64,000 nt of DNA from the human T2T-CHM13v2.0 reference genome, Homo sapiens: NCBI RefSeq assembly GCF_009914755.1, contig NC_060930.1. One strand, 5' to 3'. The notes beneath the pieces were generated by a model. That model was not told the origin of the DNA, did no database searches, and worked only from the letters and a program-made list of their open reading frames with translations. This document shows, piece after piece, positions 37,110 through 49,627 of this stretch. Position 1 is the first letter of the stretch. Each line of letters starts with the position of its first letter. The position numbers and the translations under genes are program-made.

Positions 37110-39190
37110 ATATTTTTAAGTTCTTGGTGACTCCCCATATAGACATTTCGCTGAGTACTTGAGTCTGATTCCGGCTGCATCACTGACCAGTAAACAAATC
37201 ACCAGGAGTTTTTGACTTGCATTTTCTTGCTTATGAAACTAAATAGAGTGTATCAATGGCTCTTGCATCAAAATTGGCAAATACATAGATGGAAGTTGAC
37301 AGATGGCTTTTATCCTTAATAAGAGGTGACTCATAGTTTAAAACTTTATTAGGTTTAGCTGTATGCAAATGAAAGAACTCATCATTGGATGTAAGCTTAG
37401 CTACTTGTGTTCAGATATGCCTACTTTTGATGGAAAACTGATTATCATCAACAAACCTGACAGAGATGATAACAGGAGGATTAGCATAGAGCTTGAGAAA
37501 AACAGCACAAATCCTAAAAGACTGCATTTCAACTGGGCTGATAAACTGCCATCTCACAGAGCACACAAGTGCTGCCTTCCTTTAGGCAAAGATAATCTGG
37601 GCCTGTGAGCTTGGTGTTAATTTAGCAAGCAGAGAGAGAAAAAAAATGAAGAAAGAGCTGTAGTTGAGTGGACTTTTAAAGTCTTTCCAGAGTAGAGCAA
37701 TGCCAATATCTGCAAAAATAGAGTTTTTAAAAAGAAATTTTAAAAAGACTCTCATGGAAAGCATGACATCTGGCATCACCCTGCCTGGATTGGTCTTGCA
37801 AACCCAGCCTGGTGTCCGAGATGTAATCTCCACTCCCTCTTTCACTGTTTGTTTCAGTCAATCATAAACTCTTCCCATTAAACTTTGTTTACTTGTACCA
37901 TTTCTAATAAATTCTACCCTCTCACCCCTCTGGTCTTTTTTCTTTAATAAATCCCCTCCTCCACCTCCACCTCAACCACCACACCCACACATTCACCTGA
38001 AAAAGCACAGACAGAAAAAATAAAACCTGTTTTATAGGCTATTGATTGATGCCTGTCTGAAGAGAAGCAGGATGGCTGTGAAAAACCTAGGCAGTTGCAC
38101 ATCTATGTTTCACAGAGCACGGCTGCGCTAAGCCTCATGGTGAGTCTCCCACTTTGCCTTCTTCTGCTGGAAGTTATCTCTTCCTAATTAATTGGATTAG
38201 CCACCTTCTCCTGACTTGTTTTAATTTGTCTGTTTTAAAACATCTCTGTGATAAGTGTGGCTGTTCTAATGATGCTACTATTCTAGTGGCTGGTCACTTT
38301 CTTACAGAGATGAAATGCTAGGGAGAGGAAGAAGAACGTGCTCATTTGACTGTGAATCCAGCATTGCCCCTGAGGGATGTCAGTGTGCTTCTGCGTGACA
38401 GAACAAATGCAAATCCAATCAAAATAGCTATGCTTTTTATGAACAGGAAAAGTTTGAGGCAGAAATAGACACATTCAAGAAAGAGAGAGCAGTTACATAA
38501 AACCTAAACCAGCTTCAGAATGTAACTGCTCAAGAGGTGTAGCTATTTTTGGTTCTTTAACAGGTTTAAGCATGCTAACAAGTTCCTCCATAAACAGGCA
38601 CTAAAAAGGAAACCCCCCAGTTATAATGACATAATGTGCAGAAATAATTCACCAAGGCTCAGAAGTAAGCATGACAGAGAAGTGACCTTGCACAGCACCA
38701 TTCAGAGGTCACAGATAAGGAGCTGGCGCTGTCTGGCTGGAGCTGGAAGAGGGATGAAGATGTGCAGGGACCTGCAAGGTAGGACTATGGGAATCAGGCA
38801 GCTAACGTACTGCTACTAACTGGTAAAACCAAAAAATTAAATTAGAAAAAGCTTGAAGTTCCTATTTTGTGACCCAGTCCCTAGATGGTGAGCAGTAATA
38901 ATTATGTCTCTAATGCACCACAACTATCTTAGGTCACATGCTGCTGTTTTGTGAAAACTTTCCTTCTATTTCCCTCTAGACTCTCTTTGATGTTTACGTT
39001 TCCTGTATTTCACCTGCACAGAAATGTGAGCAATGATAAGAAGGGTCTTTGACTCTATTTTCTCGAAGCACCTTTTCACAATCTATTTTGTTTGTTAACT
39101 CCAATAAACAAATACATCCTTCCCCCAACCTAGATACACAAGATTTTGGATAAACAAGAAAAAATTCTGCCAACAGGCTATACAAAGAAC

Positions 39191-39645
39191 TGTGAAGAGT
39201 CTGAGATTGTACTCAGCTTATAACCTAAGAAATTAGTCTGCTACCGTTTCATGAATGCTGGCAGAAGTGAGACTCCTGGGTCAGAGACAAAGAACATTAT
39301 TATTCATGTCAAGGGGAGCAGCAGAAGGATCAACATATTTGCGTCAGTTCCCCTTGCCTTCAGACCCCATGGGGGCAATGTGGACAGGCCCAGATGACAC
39401 CAGCATACTCAATGGGTTGTAATATAGGAGAAGAACCCTGAGCTGAAGGAACTCAAATCTTATGATGTATAGTCTCCAGAGGGAGACATTACCTTTGTTA
39501 CAGAGGATGGTAAGAATGCCCGCCCTTTGCTCTGCAGAGAGACATCTCTGTCTTCCAAGGCTATTTGCTGTACAGGCTTCCTTGAAAAGATTCTCCAGAG
39601 TAAAAGACACTCTGTGCCTCTGCTTGCAAGATGTGCAGGACAACA
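39191..39645 (-). mobile_element. ERVL LTR of the MER54/MER74 group
   Basis: Starts 'tgtgaagagtctgagattgt...tttcatgaatgctggcagaag...gagactcctgggtcagagacaaag'. The right boundary is approximate. Confidence 0.7.
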
Positions 39646-39779
39646 TGTTACCCCACGGAGAATTAACTCCCAACAGATTACCTGGCTCTGTTTCTCATTC
39701 CCTTCCCATGCCGTGCCCCTGCTTCTTCACTCTTTCCACTGTAAGATCCCACTGTGCCCTGAGCCCACCCACTGCCACA

Positions 39780-39930
39780 CTATACTGTACTTGCTTACTT
39801 ATAAGCCTCTCCAATTTGACTATAAGCTTCTTATGAGATGAGACTCTATAATTCTTCTTGGCATCACCAGTTCAGCCCAGTGTTTGACCCTCAGGACTCA
39901 ATAAATGTTTTCTGAAATAATGAATGAGTC
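39780..39930 (+). mobile_element. L2 3' end
   Basis: Contains 'gactataagcttcttatgag...ctcaataaatgttttctgaaataatgaatga'. Confidence 0.75.
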
Positions 39931-40799
39931 AACATCTAGAGAGTTGCTTGAGGGCAGAGGGTGTATTTTATACAACTTTGTATCACAAACTGTAGCTCCA
40001 AAAATGTTAATTTCATATAACAGAATTACTATTGTAATAAAATTAAATGATAAACATTTTCCAAACAGGCTAATGAAGTCCAAACCTCTAGACAAGGTTC
40101 TCAAGATGAAAAACAAAATTGCCCTCACACATCATAATTGCGTTTCACAGCAACATCACTTTGAAAAACAAAATATTTTAAATATTGTTCATTTTTTATT
40201 GTTTTTAAATAAGCATGTCTTCAACATATTTTTACAGTTTTTACCATAAATTATTTTTCAGGGTATCTTAGGTTTTTTCTTTGATCAAATTCTTTATATA
40301 AAACTAGGAATAGTCTTCATCTTTGCAAAAAGATATGTTCACAACAATTTTTCTTGAAACACACAGTCTTTGATTTCCCCACTTTGGATAAAGAAATGAT
40401 GCTATGAATTATTTTACTGGCCTTTTAACTCTGCTAGAAGAAAAACAATAGTGTGTCAAAGTTACCAGCAATGAGTTTTGGCCTCAGTGCTTGCAATTTC
40501 ACAAGAAGAGATAGAGACACAGGAAGCTCATACCCCCTGCAAGAGACAGTTGTTTTTCACTCCAGCTTATGGCTGCTAGGCAGACACGGGGGTCCAGGGC
40601 TGTTTGATCTCTTGACATTGCAAGAAGTGTTTAAAATTTAGATTTTTATTTGAAAGCTCCTGATTTTTACCTGTTGAGCATTTATTCATGGAAAAAAAAT
40701 ACATTGTACAAATCTCTCAGACCAGTCTCACCCCTGGGCCCCAGTTTTCTGTCTCTGAAAGTTTGTGGAACAGAGAATAAGACAATGTGGCATGTGGGC

Positions 40800-41471
40800 A
40801 ACCCCACGGCAGCATCTAGGGTTGAGTGTTAACAGCTCCCGAAGCCCCAGTGGGCATGTGTTATAGTGCAGCATGCTCTTTCAGCTTAGCTGTCCTCAGG
40901 CCTCTTGTGTTAATCAGCTCAATTAGACCCTCTGCCTTATTGCAAGGACAGAGGGCTTTCTGTATCCCAGGGTTCTTGCCTTAGTGTACCGGAAAAATCG
41001 AATCACTCAGGGGCTTGGAGGATAGGTGCGAGGTTTTTATTGAGTGGTAATAGCTCCCAGGGAGGTGGATGAGGAAGACAGAAGCTGGATGGAGTGGGAA
41101 AGTGGTCTTCCCCTGGAGTCAGGCCACCCAGTAGTGGCGCTCTCCTCTGGCTGAACTTCACATGGCACCACTGTATATGACCTGCTGGTGTCTGCTGGTG
41201 TGTGCCGGTGTGTTCTGCTAGTGTGTTCTGCCCGTGTGTTCTTCTCGATGTCCAGCTGCTTGTGTCTGTGCCTGCTAGGGTCTCGGGCCTTTTATAGGCA
41301 CAGGATTGGGGGCGTGGTGGGCCAGAGTGATCTTGGAAAATGCAATATTTGGGCATGAAAACAGGAGTGCCTGTCCTCACCTAGGTCTGTGGGCACAGGC
41401 CTGAGGGTGGAACCCTTGCCTGGGACCCCACCTTTCTTTACCGAGCACTTCCTTGCCCCCCTCCTGTATCA
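40800..41471 (-). mobile_element. ERV1 LTR of the LTR1/LTR27/LTR28/MER52 group, 3' end lost
   Basis: The reverse complement starts 'tgatacaggagggggcaaggaagtgctc'. It contains 'ccttattgcaaggacagagggctttctgtatcc' and a TATA box 'cctataaaag' on the minus strand. Confidence 0.85.
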
Positions 41472-42001
41472 TTATGATGCATAGAATATATGAGGAACAT
41501 TCAACAATTAGACCCAGATCTTGCCCCGAAGAATCTTCTAGTCTATTAGCAATGTATCATATAAAAGCCAGGGTTGCATTTATACGCAAGGGTGTTTAAT
41601 TTATTGAGTTATTTGCAGTCCTGTAATCTTTTTAAGTGCCCTTCCTGGAAGAACCTTCCGCCTGAGACTTTCTAAGTCTTTCAGAGAAAGTTTAATGACA
41701 AGGCATTGGCCTAATTTTATCCTATAAAGAACAGTCAAACAGCAGTTAAACAGGTACAAGCACAACAGTAACCCACACACATTCACATGCACAAGAGACA
41801 AAATAACCCTGGGAGGAGAAAACATAGGCCCTATGGGGAAAGATTCCCTAGGAACTCAACCAGAGTCAGACGAAAGCCAGCCCTGCCTCAGGACAAGCAG
41901 GGCTTTGCGGAGAACTACAGGTGGGACATTGGATGATGTTTCCCAGAATAGCTTTCCAGCTTCATCCATAGACATCAGGCAAAGATGAGAATGTGTATGG
42001 C

Positions 42002-42363
42002 TGATAAGGTTTGGCTGTATCCCCACCAAATCTCATCTTAAATTGTAGCTCCTATAGTTCCCATGTGTTGTGGAAGAGACCCGGTAGGAGATAATTGAAT
42101 CATGGAGGTGGTTTCCCCCATACTGTTCTCATGGTAGTCAATAAGTCTCATGAGATCTGATTGTTTTATAAGGGGTTTCTTCTTTTGCTTGGCTCTCATT
42201 CTGTCTTGTCTGCTACCATGTAAGACGTGCCTTTCACCTTCCATCATGATTGTGAGGCCTTTTCAGCCACATGGAACTATGAGTCCATTAAACCTCTTTT
42301 TCTTTATAAATTACCCAGTCTCTGGTATGTCTTTATCCAGCAGCGTGAGAATAGACTAACACA
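42002..42363 (+). mobile_element. THE1 (B/C-like) solo LTR
   Basis: Runs from 'tgataaggtttggctgtatcccc' to 'gactaacaca' with a perfect TSD atggc. Confidence 0.95.
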
Positions 42364-42600
42364 ATGGCCTAGGGGTAAAGAAGTGAGCCTTTGAACTCAA
42401 ACAAATCTGTTCCAAACTCTGTCTCTTTTACTTACAAGCTGAGTGGCTTAGGCCAAGTGACTTTATTTCCCTGAGCTTCAATTTCCTTGTCTATAAAATG
42501 GAAACAACAATAATAATAATAATAATTAATAATAACAAGAAGAACCACATGAAACTTTGTGAGGGTAAAATAAGACAGTACTTAAACTCGTGGAGTAGAT
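42364..42600 (+). mobile_element. MIR, with THE1 inserted at its 5' end
   Basis: Contains 'ttaggccaagtgacttta...ctgagcttcaatttccttgtctataaaatgg'. Confidence 0.8.
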
Positions 42601-43660
42601 TCCAGGGCAGAGACGGAATAGGGGATGTGTGGATAAGTTGTGGTTTGCAGTGAAGCAAGTTCTGCAGTCTGCAGAAGAGGGGCAGAAGAAGGACCAAAGA
42701 GCAGTGTGGTGCCTGAGGTGAAGCCCAGCTGAAACAAGCAGACAAAAAGGACTTGGTGGAATGACGGCTCACTGCATTGTTTGCAACCATTGCTTAGACC
42801 CTTGTGGTAAAGAAGAAATTTGAGTATATTTTTTCTTTTCACTCACCCATTCTCTTGGTTATGAAACTGGCAAAAAATCCCTTAGAAACATCCAGAAAAA
42901 ATGCAGCCTGAAATTATCAAAATGAGTTTATAAAACCAGGGCTGTGATAGGAACCTTTAATGTTTTGGATGACAGCCTTTAGAATGTTTAGGCTTCTCTG
43001 GGTTGGTTATATTTTAAGAGGTTTTAGAAAACAAACTCTTGGGTAAAATTAAAGACAGCCTTAGGTTCTTAACCTGGCTTAACAACTAATTGCTTTGAAT
43101 AGGACAATTGATCACTCCCCGCTTCATGTTTGCCTTGTGGAAAATCGTAATCAATAATATTTATATTTGCCATCTTTATGAAAATAATGAGTAGGTAAAT
43201 ATGATACAACAAGAATTTAGCATCTGGAATAAAATGGGTAATAGAAATTCTAGATTGCATATATACATAATTGCATATATAAAAAATCAATACTTGATTG
43301 ATTTTACAGAAGATAAACCTTTAACTAAAATAGGGTACACATCACTTTCAAAAAGAAAGCAATGATACACTATCTTTTTGATAATGTTTAAGAAGATTGG
43401 CAAAAAGAATTGGAGTGAATCTTTTCTAAAACTTCTTACTCCTGTGGATATGGGCCAGTCCAGAAATGAAGCTCTGATTACAGTAATGTTAATGGTGGCA
43501 AATGCACCATTTCACTTAGATTTTCTAAAGCTATCAATACACCAAGTTGGTTTTTTCCTTTTGTTTTTCTTTGACTCTCAAGACCATGTTTCACTGCATA
43601 CCTATGATACATCATCTCTTGGTCCAAAACATTAAAGGAGGAAGCATCAAATTACTCATG

Positions 43661-43910
43661 AATGATGCTAAATAATTTACTATAAGATATATATATGTAT
43701 ATATATATATTATGAGTAGTGTATATATATACATATACACAATGAATATATATTACTATGAATATATATAGTCATAGTATATAAGATATACATGTGTATG
43801 TATATATTATGAGTAGTATATATACATATATACTATGAATACATATTACTATCAAATATATATTCATAGTAAATTAGCATCATTATATATAATTATATAT
43901 ATTCATATGT
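43661..43910. repeat. AT-rich low-complexity repeat with direct and inverted structure
   Basis: Two copies of about 95 bp start at 43681 and 43780, bracketed by inverted arms. Confidence 0.85.
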
Positions 43911-44406
43911 ACATAATTCAGGAAAAGAGCATGAAATTTAGAATATATAACTCTTGAACAAGGTAAATGCTTCAGAATGTTTCCAGCATTGAGGAACAAA
44001 ACAGGAAGAATCAGAATCTAACTCCAGGATAGTGATTAAAGGAAGACAACACTTTTAATGTCTACAAATTATGCATTTATTATGAGTGTAGTTACAGACT
44101 TTCCATTTTAAAAATATCAAGTGTTTTGATGATGTTTTAAATAATTAAGAACCCTACATTATTTTAACAAATATAGTTATTTCAGACATGGAATTTATGA
44201 TAGACAGTCTGAGCTAAATATTTTCAATTGACAGCACTCTGAAGGCCTCTCAATAAAATATAACTAACTAGATGCTGGATATAATAAACTTTGTATTATG
44301 TTGTGGTTTCTCAAGAAAAAAAGATAAATTTATATTTCCTCCCTCTCCCTGAAAAAAACAGTGGGCTGAATCCAGAGTTTGAAACAGTGAACACACAAAA
44401 AAACTG

Positions 44407-44783
44407 AAAATGTGGTACATATATACCACAGAATACTATGCAGCCATAAAAAGAATGAGATCATGTCCTTTGGAGGGACACAGATGGAGCTGGAAACCAT
44501 TATTCTTAGCAAACTAACACAGGAACAGAAAACCAAATACCACATGTTCTCACTTATAAGTGGAAGCTAAATGATGAGAATATATGGACACACAGAGGGG
44601 AACAACACACACTGCAGCCTATTGGTGATGGTGGAGAGTGGGAGGACAGAGAGGATCAGGAAAAGTAAGTAATGAGTACTAGGCTTAATACCTGCATGAT
44701 GAAATAATCTGTACAACAAACTCCCATGACACAAGTTTACCTGTGTGACAAACCTGCACATGTACCCCTGAACTTAACATAAT
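44407..44783 (+). mobile_element. L1PA 3' end (roughly PA13-15)
   Basis: Runs from 'gaaaatgtggtacatatataccacagaatactatgcagcc' to 'cacatgtacccctgaacttaa'. Confidence 0.92.
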
Positions 44784-45074
44784 TTTTTTTTTAATTGCAA
44801 AGACCTAGTTGTTCCGAGGCAAATGTTGAGAGTGTTACTGTGATTGAGAAATTCTAATGTACCCTAAGCAGGATGAAACAAAAGAAATCTGTGCCAAGAT
44901 ACATGATGTTGAAACTGTAGAACAATAAATTTCGATAAAGAGAAGAACTTAAAAGGCAGACAAAGTGGAAAGTGAAATAACCTAAAAAGGATATGACAAC
45001 AAATTTATTGATGGAAATAAAAGGAGCTTGAAGACAATGGAACGATATTTTCACTTTCTTTGATCAGCTTGCTA

Positions 45075-45500
45075 TCCCACAGGAGAGTTTGCTGGCCCAA
45101 TACATAGATGATATCACACTGACTAAAACTTACTGACTAGATGTCCTAGTAAGACATTTGCCAAACCTTCAGCAGGCAAATCAGATCATCAAGGGTAGTT
45201 TCTGGGCCTTCCTGAGAAACATGTGCTGTGAGAAATCAACTGAGATTACACCTTCTGTGTGTAGGCAACTGAGAAAATTGGTGTTCATTTCTCTTTGGGA
45301 TTTCTCCTAAGAATCACCCACTTTGGTGTTGCAGACAGCTGGAATCATTGATTGTGATATCGGCGCTTCCAGATTTTCTTAAGATAGCATGCTGACAGTG
45401 TCTTTTTCAATGGTTCCAGTGGGTGTGTAAACCTTTAATTCTCTCTAATTAAAATGCATAGAATGATTTTAATTTTTCTGCTCAAATCATGATTGAAACA
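45075..45500 (+). mobile_element. ERVL-like fragment: RT YIDD motif followed by an LTR-like end
   Basis: 'caatacatagatgatatc' translates to QYIDDI and is followed by 'gtaagacatttgc'. The segment ends 'tgattgaaaca'. Confidence 0.45.
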
Positions 45501-46225
45501 GTCACTTTAAAAAAAGGAGGGATCCCAAATTGTTTCAAAAAGAAAACTCTGCTGCTTTTTATAGCAGATACTCATAAGATAAAGCTTTAGAAAAAATAAA
45601 TAAAAATTTAAAGAATGTTAATAGCAGAAAAGGTGGAGTTTAGGCCAAAAAGCATTAAACTGCACAAAAAAGGACACATGACGATGTTAACACTCTGTTC
45701 AAAATGAAGACCTAATGCTTTTGAATATGTTTGCACCAAGTAACATAGCATCAAGATTCATAAGTCAAAATTTCAGGAAACATAAGGAGGAAGAATTAGA
45801 AACAGACTAGTTGCCCCAACTTTAATTTATTTATCTTGGTTAATGATTAAAAAAGTGGAAAAAAATAACAAGCACAAAAGGTTTAATAACATATTTAATC
45901 AGTCATATCTGATTGATAAAAACTTAATTTTAAACTCAGAAAATTGAAAATACATACATTTTATTAAGTGACCATAGAACACTCATAAAATATGAACCTG
46001 TATCAGGGCACAAAGAAAATCTTGATGAATCTAAAAAGTAGGAATACACAGATGCTATTCTCTGTTTTCCATTAACTAAAATTAGCATTTAATTACAAAA
46101 CTAAGAAACAAAAATATGAGTCCGGGTGGAACTAGAAAAACAAACAAAACAACAACAACAAAAACCTTTTAAGCAACCCTCATGTCAAAGAGGGAGCACA
46201 ATTTAAAATGAAAGAATTTTAGGAT

Positions 46226-46551
46226 GTGAATGTAGTTGGAAGCAATTATCTTCAGCAAACTAACACAGGAACAGAAAACCAGACACGGTATGTTCTCACT
46301 TATAAGTGGGAGCTGAATGATGAGAACACATGGACACATGAGGTGGGGAACAACACACACTGGGGCCTGTCAGAGGAGGGGTGCACAGGAAGGGGGAGCA
46401 TCAGGAAGAATAGCTAATGGATGCTGGGCTTATTACCTAGATGATGGGATGATCTGTGCAGCAAACCACCATGGTACATGTTTACCTATGTAACAAATCT
46501 GCGCATCCTGCACATGTACCACTAAACTTAAAAATTGAAGGAAAAAAAAAA
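46226..46551 (+). mobile_element. L1PA 3' end (roughly PA8-12) with poly-A
   Basis: Contains 'cagcaaactaacacaggaacagaaaacc...gcagcaaaccaccatggtacatg' and an A tail. Confidence 0.92.
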
Positions 46552-46675
46552 GAGTAAAACTCCATAATATAAAAACCAATTGTACAAGAGAGAAAATTAC
46601 CACAGCCAAAAAGTATTTTCTGAAAAGATGAATATAACCAATAAACTAGCAAAACTGATAAAGAAATAAAGAGAA

Positions 46676-47107
46676 TGTCTCACACGTCCCTGTGAAGAGA
46701 CCACCAAACAGGCTTTGCGTGAGCAACAAGGCTGTTTATTTCACCTGGGTGCAGGGGGGCTGAGTCCGAAAAGAGAGTCAGCAAAGGGTGGTGGATTATC
46801 ATTAGTTCTTATAGGTTTTGGGATAGGCGGTGGAGTTAGGAGCAATGTTTTGCGAGCAGGGGGTGGATCTCACAAAGTACATTCTCAAGGGTGGGGAGAA
46901 TTACAAAGAATCTTCTTAAGGGTGGGGGAGATTACAAAGTACATTGATCAGTTAGGGTGGGGCAGAAACAAATCACAATGGTGGAATGTCAACAGTTAAG
47001 GCTATTTTCACTTCTTTTGTGGATCTTCAGTTGCTTCAGGCCATCTGGATATATACGTGCAGGTCATAAGGGATATGATGGCTTAGCTTGGGCTCAGAGG
47101 CCTGACA
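46676..47107 (-). mobile_element. LTR7B-like HERV-H solo LTR
   Basis: The reverse complement begins TGTCAGGCCTCTGAGCCCAAGCTAAGCCATCATATCCC and contains type-II repeats (three gggtgggg). The 5-bp TSD gagaa is perfect. Confidence 0.95.
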
Positions 47108-47211
47108 GAGAACAAAATTACCAATCACCAATATGAGGAATGAAAAAGAAGACATCATTACAGATCCAAAAGACATTAAAATGTGGTAAGGATATCAGGA
47201 ATAATCTTTTT

Positions 47212-47523
47212 TTCTTTTTTTGAGACTGAGTCTCACTCTGACACCCAGGCTGGAGCACAGTGGCGTGATCTGGGCTCACTGTAGCGTGATCTGGGCTCAC
47301 TGTAACCTCTGCCTCCTGGGTTCAAGCAATTATCTGGCCTCAGCCTCCTGAGTAGCTGAAATTACAGGTGCATGCCACCACTCCTGGCTAATTTTTGTAT
47401 TTTTGTAGAGACAGGGTTTCACCATGTTGACCAGGCTTGTCCTGAACTCCTGACCTCAGGTGATCCACCCCCCTCGGCCTCCCAAAGTGCTGAGATGACA
47501 AGCATGAGCCACCATGCCCGGCC
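47212..47523 (-). mobile_element. AluSx-like with an internal 21-bp duplication
   Basis: The TSD aggaataatcttttt is at 47197-47211 and 47524-47538. Confidence 0.96.
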
Positions 47524-48127
47524 AGGAATAATCTTTTTAAAAAGCAATTTGGCAATATTTATTAAAACTGTAATTACATATACCATTCAACTCAGAAATC
47601 CTACTCCTTGAACTCTGATGCATAGAAATAAAAACACCAACTGATAAACAAATCTCTCATGTATATGGAATATATCCAAAGATGTTTATTGCCGCAATGC
47701 TCATACTTGCAAAAAAAAAAAAAAAAAAACCCATGAAAATAAAAATGAATGTCAACTAATTGGAGAATGGAATATTAGGCAGATATAGAAAAGAATAAGG
47801 CAAGTCTATGATGTATAATGACAAAAGGAAATACATTAGAAAGATTCTGAAATTTGTTTTTTATTTTAATTAATTTATTTTTTAATTTACATGTAAAAAT
47901 CATGTATTTTTTTAAAAAAGAATTTTGTTGTAAGTTGAACACTAAGATCTGTACCCTGTTTATTGCAGTTAAAGAGATGCTCAAAGACAAATTAATCATT
48001 TTAAGTGTCTGCATCAATAAAAAATGAAATAAAATAATTAAATAATTATAAAAGAAAACTGAAATAAAGCAAATTTTAAAAATAAATGCATAAGTTAATT
48101 AGGAAAGAAACAAAGAGTAAATAAATT

Positions 48128-48912
48128 TGTCAACGAAAAGAGTCAAACTGTAAAATATTTGAAGAAATTTATTCTGAGCCAGATATGAGTGACCATGGCC
48201 CATGACACAGCCCCCAGGTGGTCCTGAGAACATGTGCCCAAGGTGGTCGGGGTGCAGCTGGGTTTTATACATTTTAGGGAAGCATGAGACACCAGTCAAA
48301 TACATTGAAGATATACATTGGTTGGAAATGTAGTTCAGAAAGGCAGGACAACTCAAAGCGGTGGGGCAGGGTGCTTCTAGGCTATAGGTAAATTTAAACA
48401 TTTTCTGGTTGACAATTGGTTGAGTTTGTCTAAATATCTGGGATGGAGAGAAAAGAAATGTTCAGGTTAAGATAAAAGACTGTGGAGACCAAGGTTCTTT
48501 TGAATTCTTATAGTGGTTGCTCTTAGAGACAATAGATGATGAGTATTTCCTATTCAGATTTTTAAAAGATGCTAGATTTTTGGTTAATCTCTTTAGAATT
48601 GGGAGGGCATGGAATAAAAAGATCTAACTATGTTAATAGAGATTCTTTACAGACGAAAATTTTCCCCCACAAAGAATAGCTTTGCAGGGCCATTTCAAGA
48701 TATGGCAAAGAAACATGCTTTGGAGTAAAATATGATGATTTTCTTCCTTGTGTCGTAACGTTATGGCAGAGTCAGTTTGGAAAGTAAGTCATGATATATA
48801 GGGTTAAATAAAACTCATCTGATGAGAATTTATGGTTTGTAGGGCATGACCCCAGACACCTTAGGAATCTGGGCAAGATAAAAAAAAAAAAAAAATCAGA
48901 ATTTAGTCCTCA
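48128..48912 (-). mobile_element. MER4E-like ERV1 solo LTR
   Basis: Runs from 'tgtcaacgaaaagagtcaaac...ctgagaacatgtgcccaaggtggtc' to 'tcagaatttagtcctca'. The TSD is aatt/aata. Confidence 0.88.
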
Positions 48913-49034
48913 AATAGAAAGTCAAGTCTTTGACAAAACTGATAAAATAAATGATCCACAAACTAATCTAATCAATAAAAAAGGAGTGGAAGTGAAGAAA
49001 GCGCATATATACAAGATAAGAAAGTACATGAAAA

Positions 49035-49610
49035 TGATACAGGAGTTAAGAAGAAATTACTTAGGCAGATAGGGAGGGTATGGAAGTCCTTGTTAAGGTT
49101 TACCTTTTAATGAAAAGCAGCCCCAAATCACTTTCCTTTCAAAGTACAAAGAACAGCCCGTAAAATCGAGCTGCAGACATAGATGTTGGCAGTTGTGCCA
49201 ATCGTTCAAAACGGCGGCTCTATCTTCCCTTCTCTGTCAGCCACCTGTACAGTAAGGAGCAGACAAGATGGCACTGGCCAAGGGGAAAGTTCATTTGCAT
49301 AGAATTAGGGTGGGGCTGCCAGCCTTATCTGCAAGCTATGTGAACGTCAAACCTGATAGAACCAATCTGTGAGCACTATGTAAATCAGACACTGTCTCCT
49401 CAAGCCTGACTGTAAAATTCGAAGCATCTGCCCCTGGCCAGTTTTTGGCTCTCAAAAGTCCCCTTTCACTAGAGAGAGAGCTGTTTTCCTTTTTCTTTCT
49501 TTTGCTATTAAACTCCACACCTAAACTCCTCGTGTGTGTCCCTGTCCTAAACTTTCCTGGTGTGAAACGACGAACCCCTGGTATTTACCCCAGACAAGGC
49601 AGCTGCTTCA
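49035..49610 (+). mobile_element. LTR9-family ERV1 solo LTR
   Basis: Runs from 'tgatacaggagttaagaagaaattacttaggcagatag' to 'gcagctgcttca'. It has the TSD aaaa and an ATTAAA polyA signal. Confidence 0.85.
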
Positions 49611-49627
49611 AAAAGAAGAACTATACA

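Noticed and set aside
39344-40249. Cluster of ORFs of 100-124 aa
   Set aside because: They mostly overlap LTR and L2 remnants or AT-rich DNA, in conflicting frames and strands, with no recognisable protein.
41003-41380. 125-aa ORF
   Set aside because: It lies wholly inside an ERV1 LTR and is a chance open frame.
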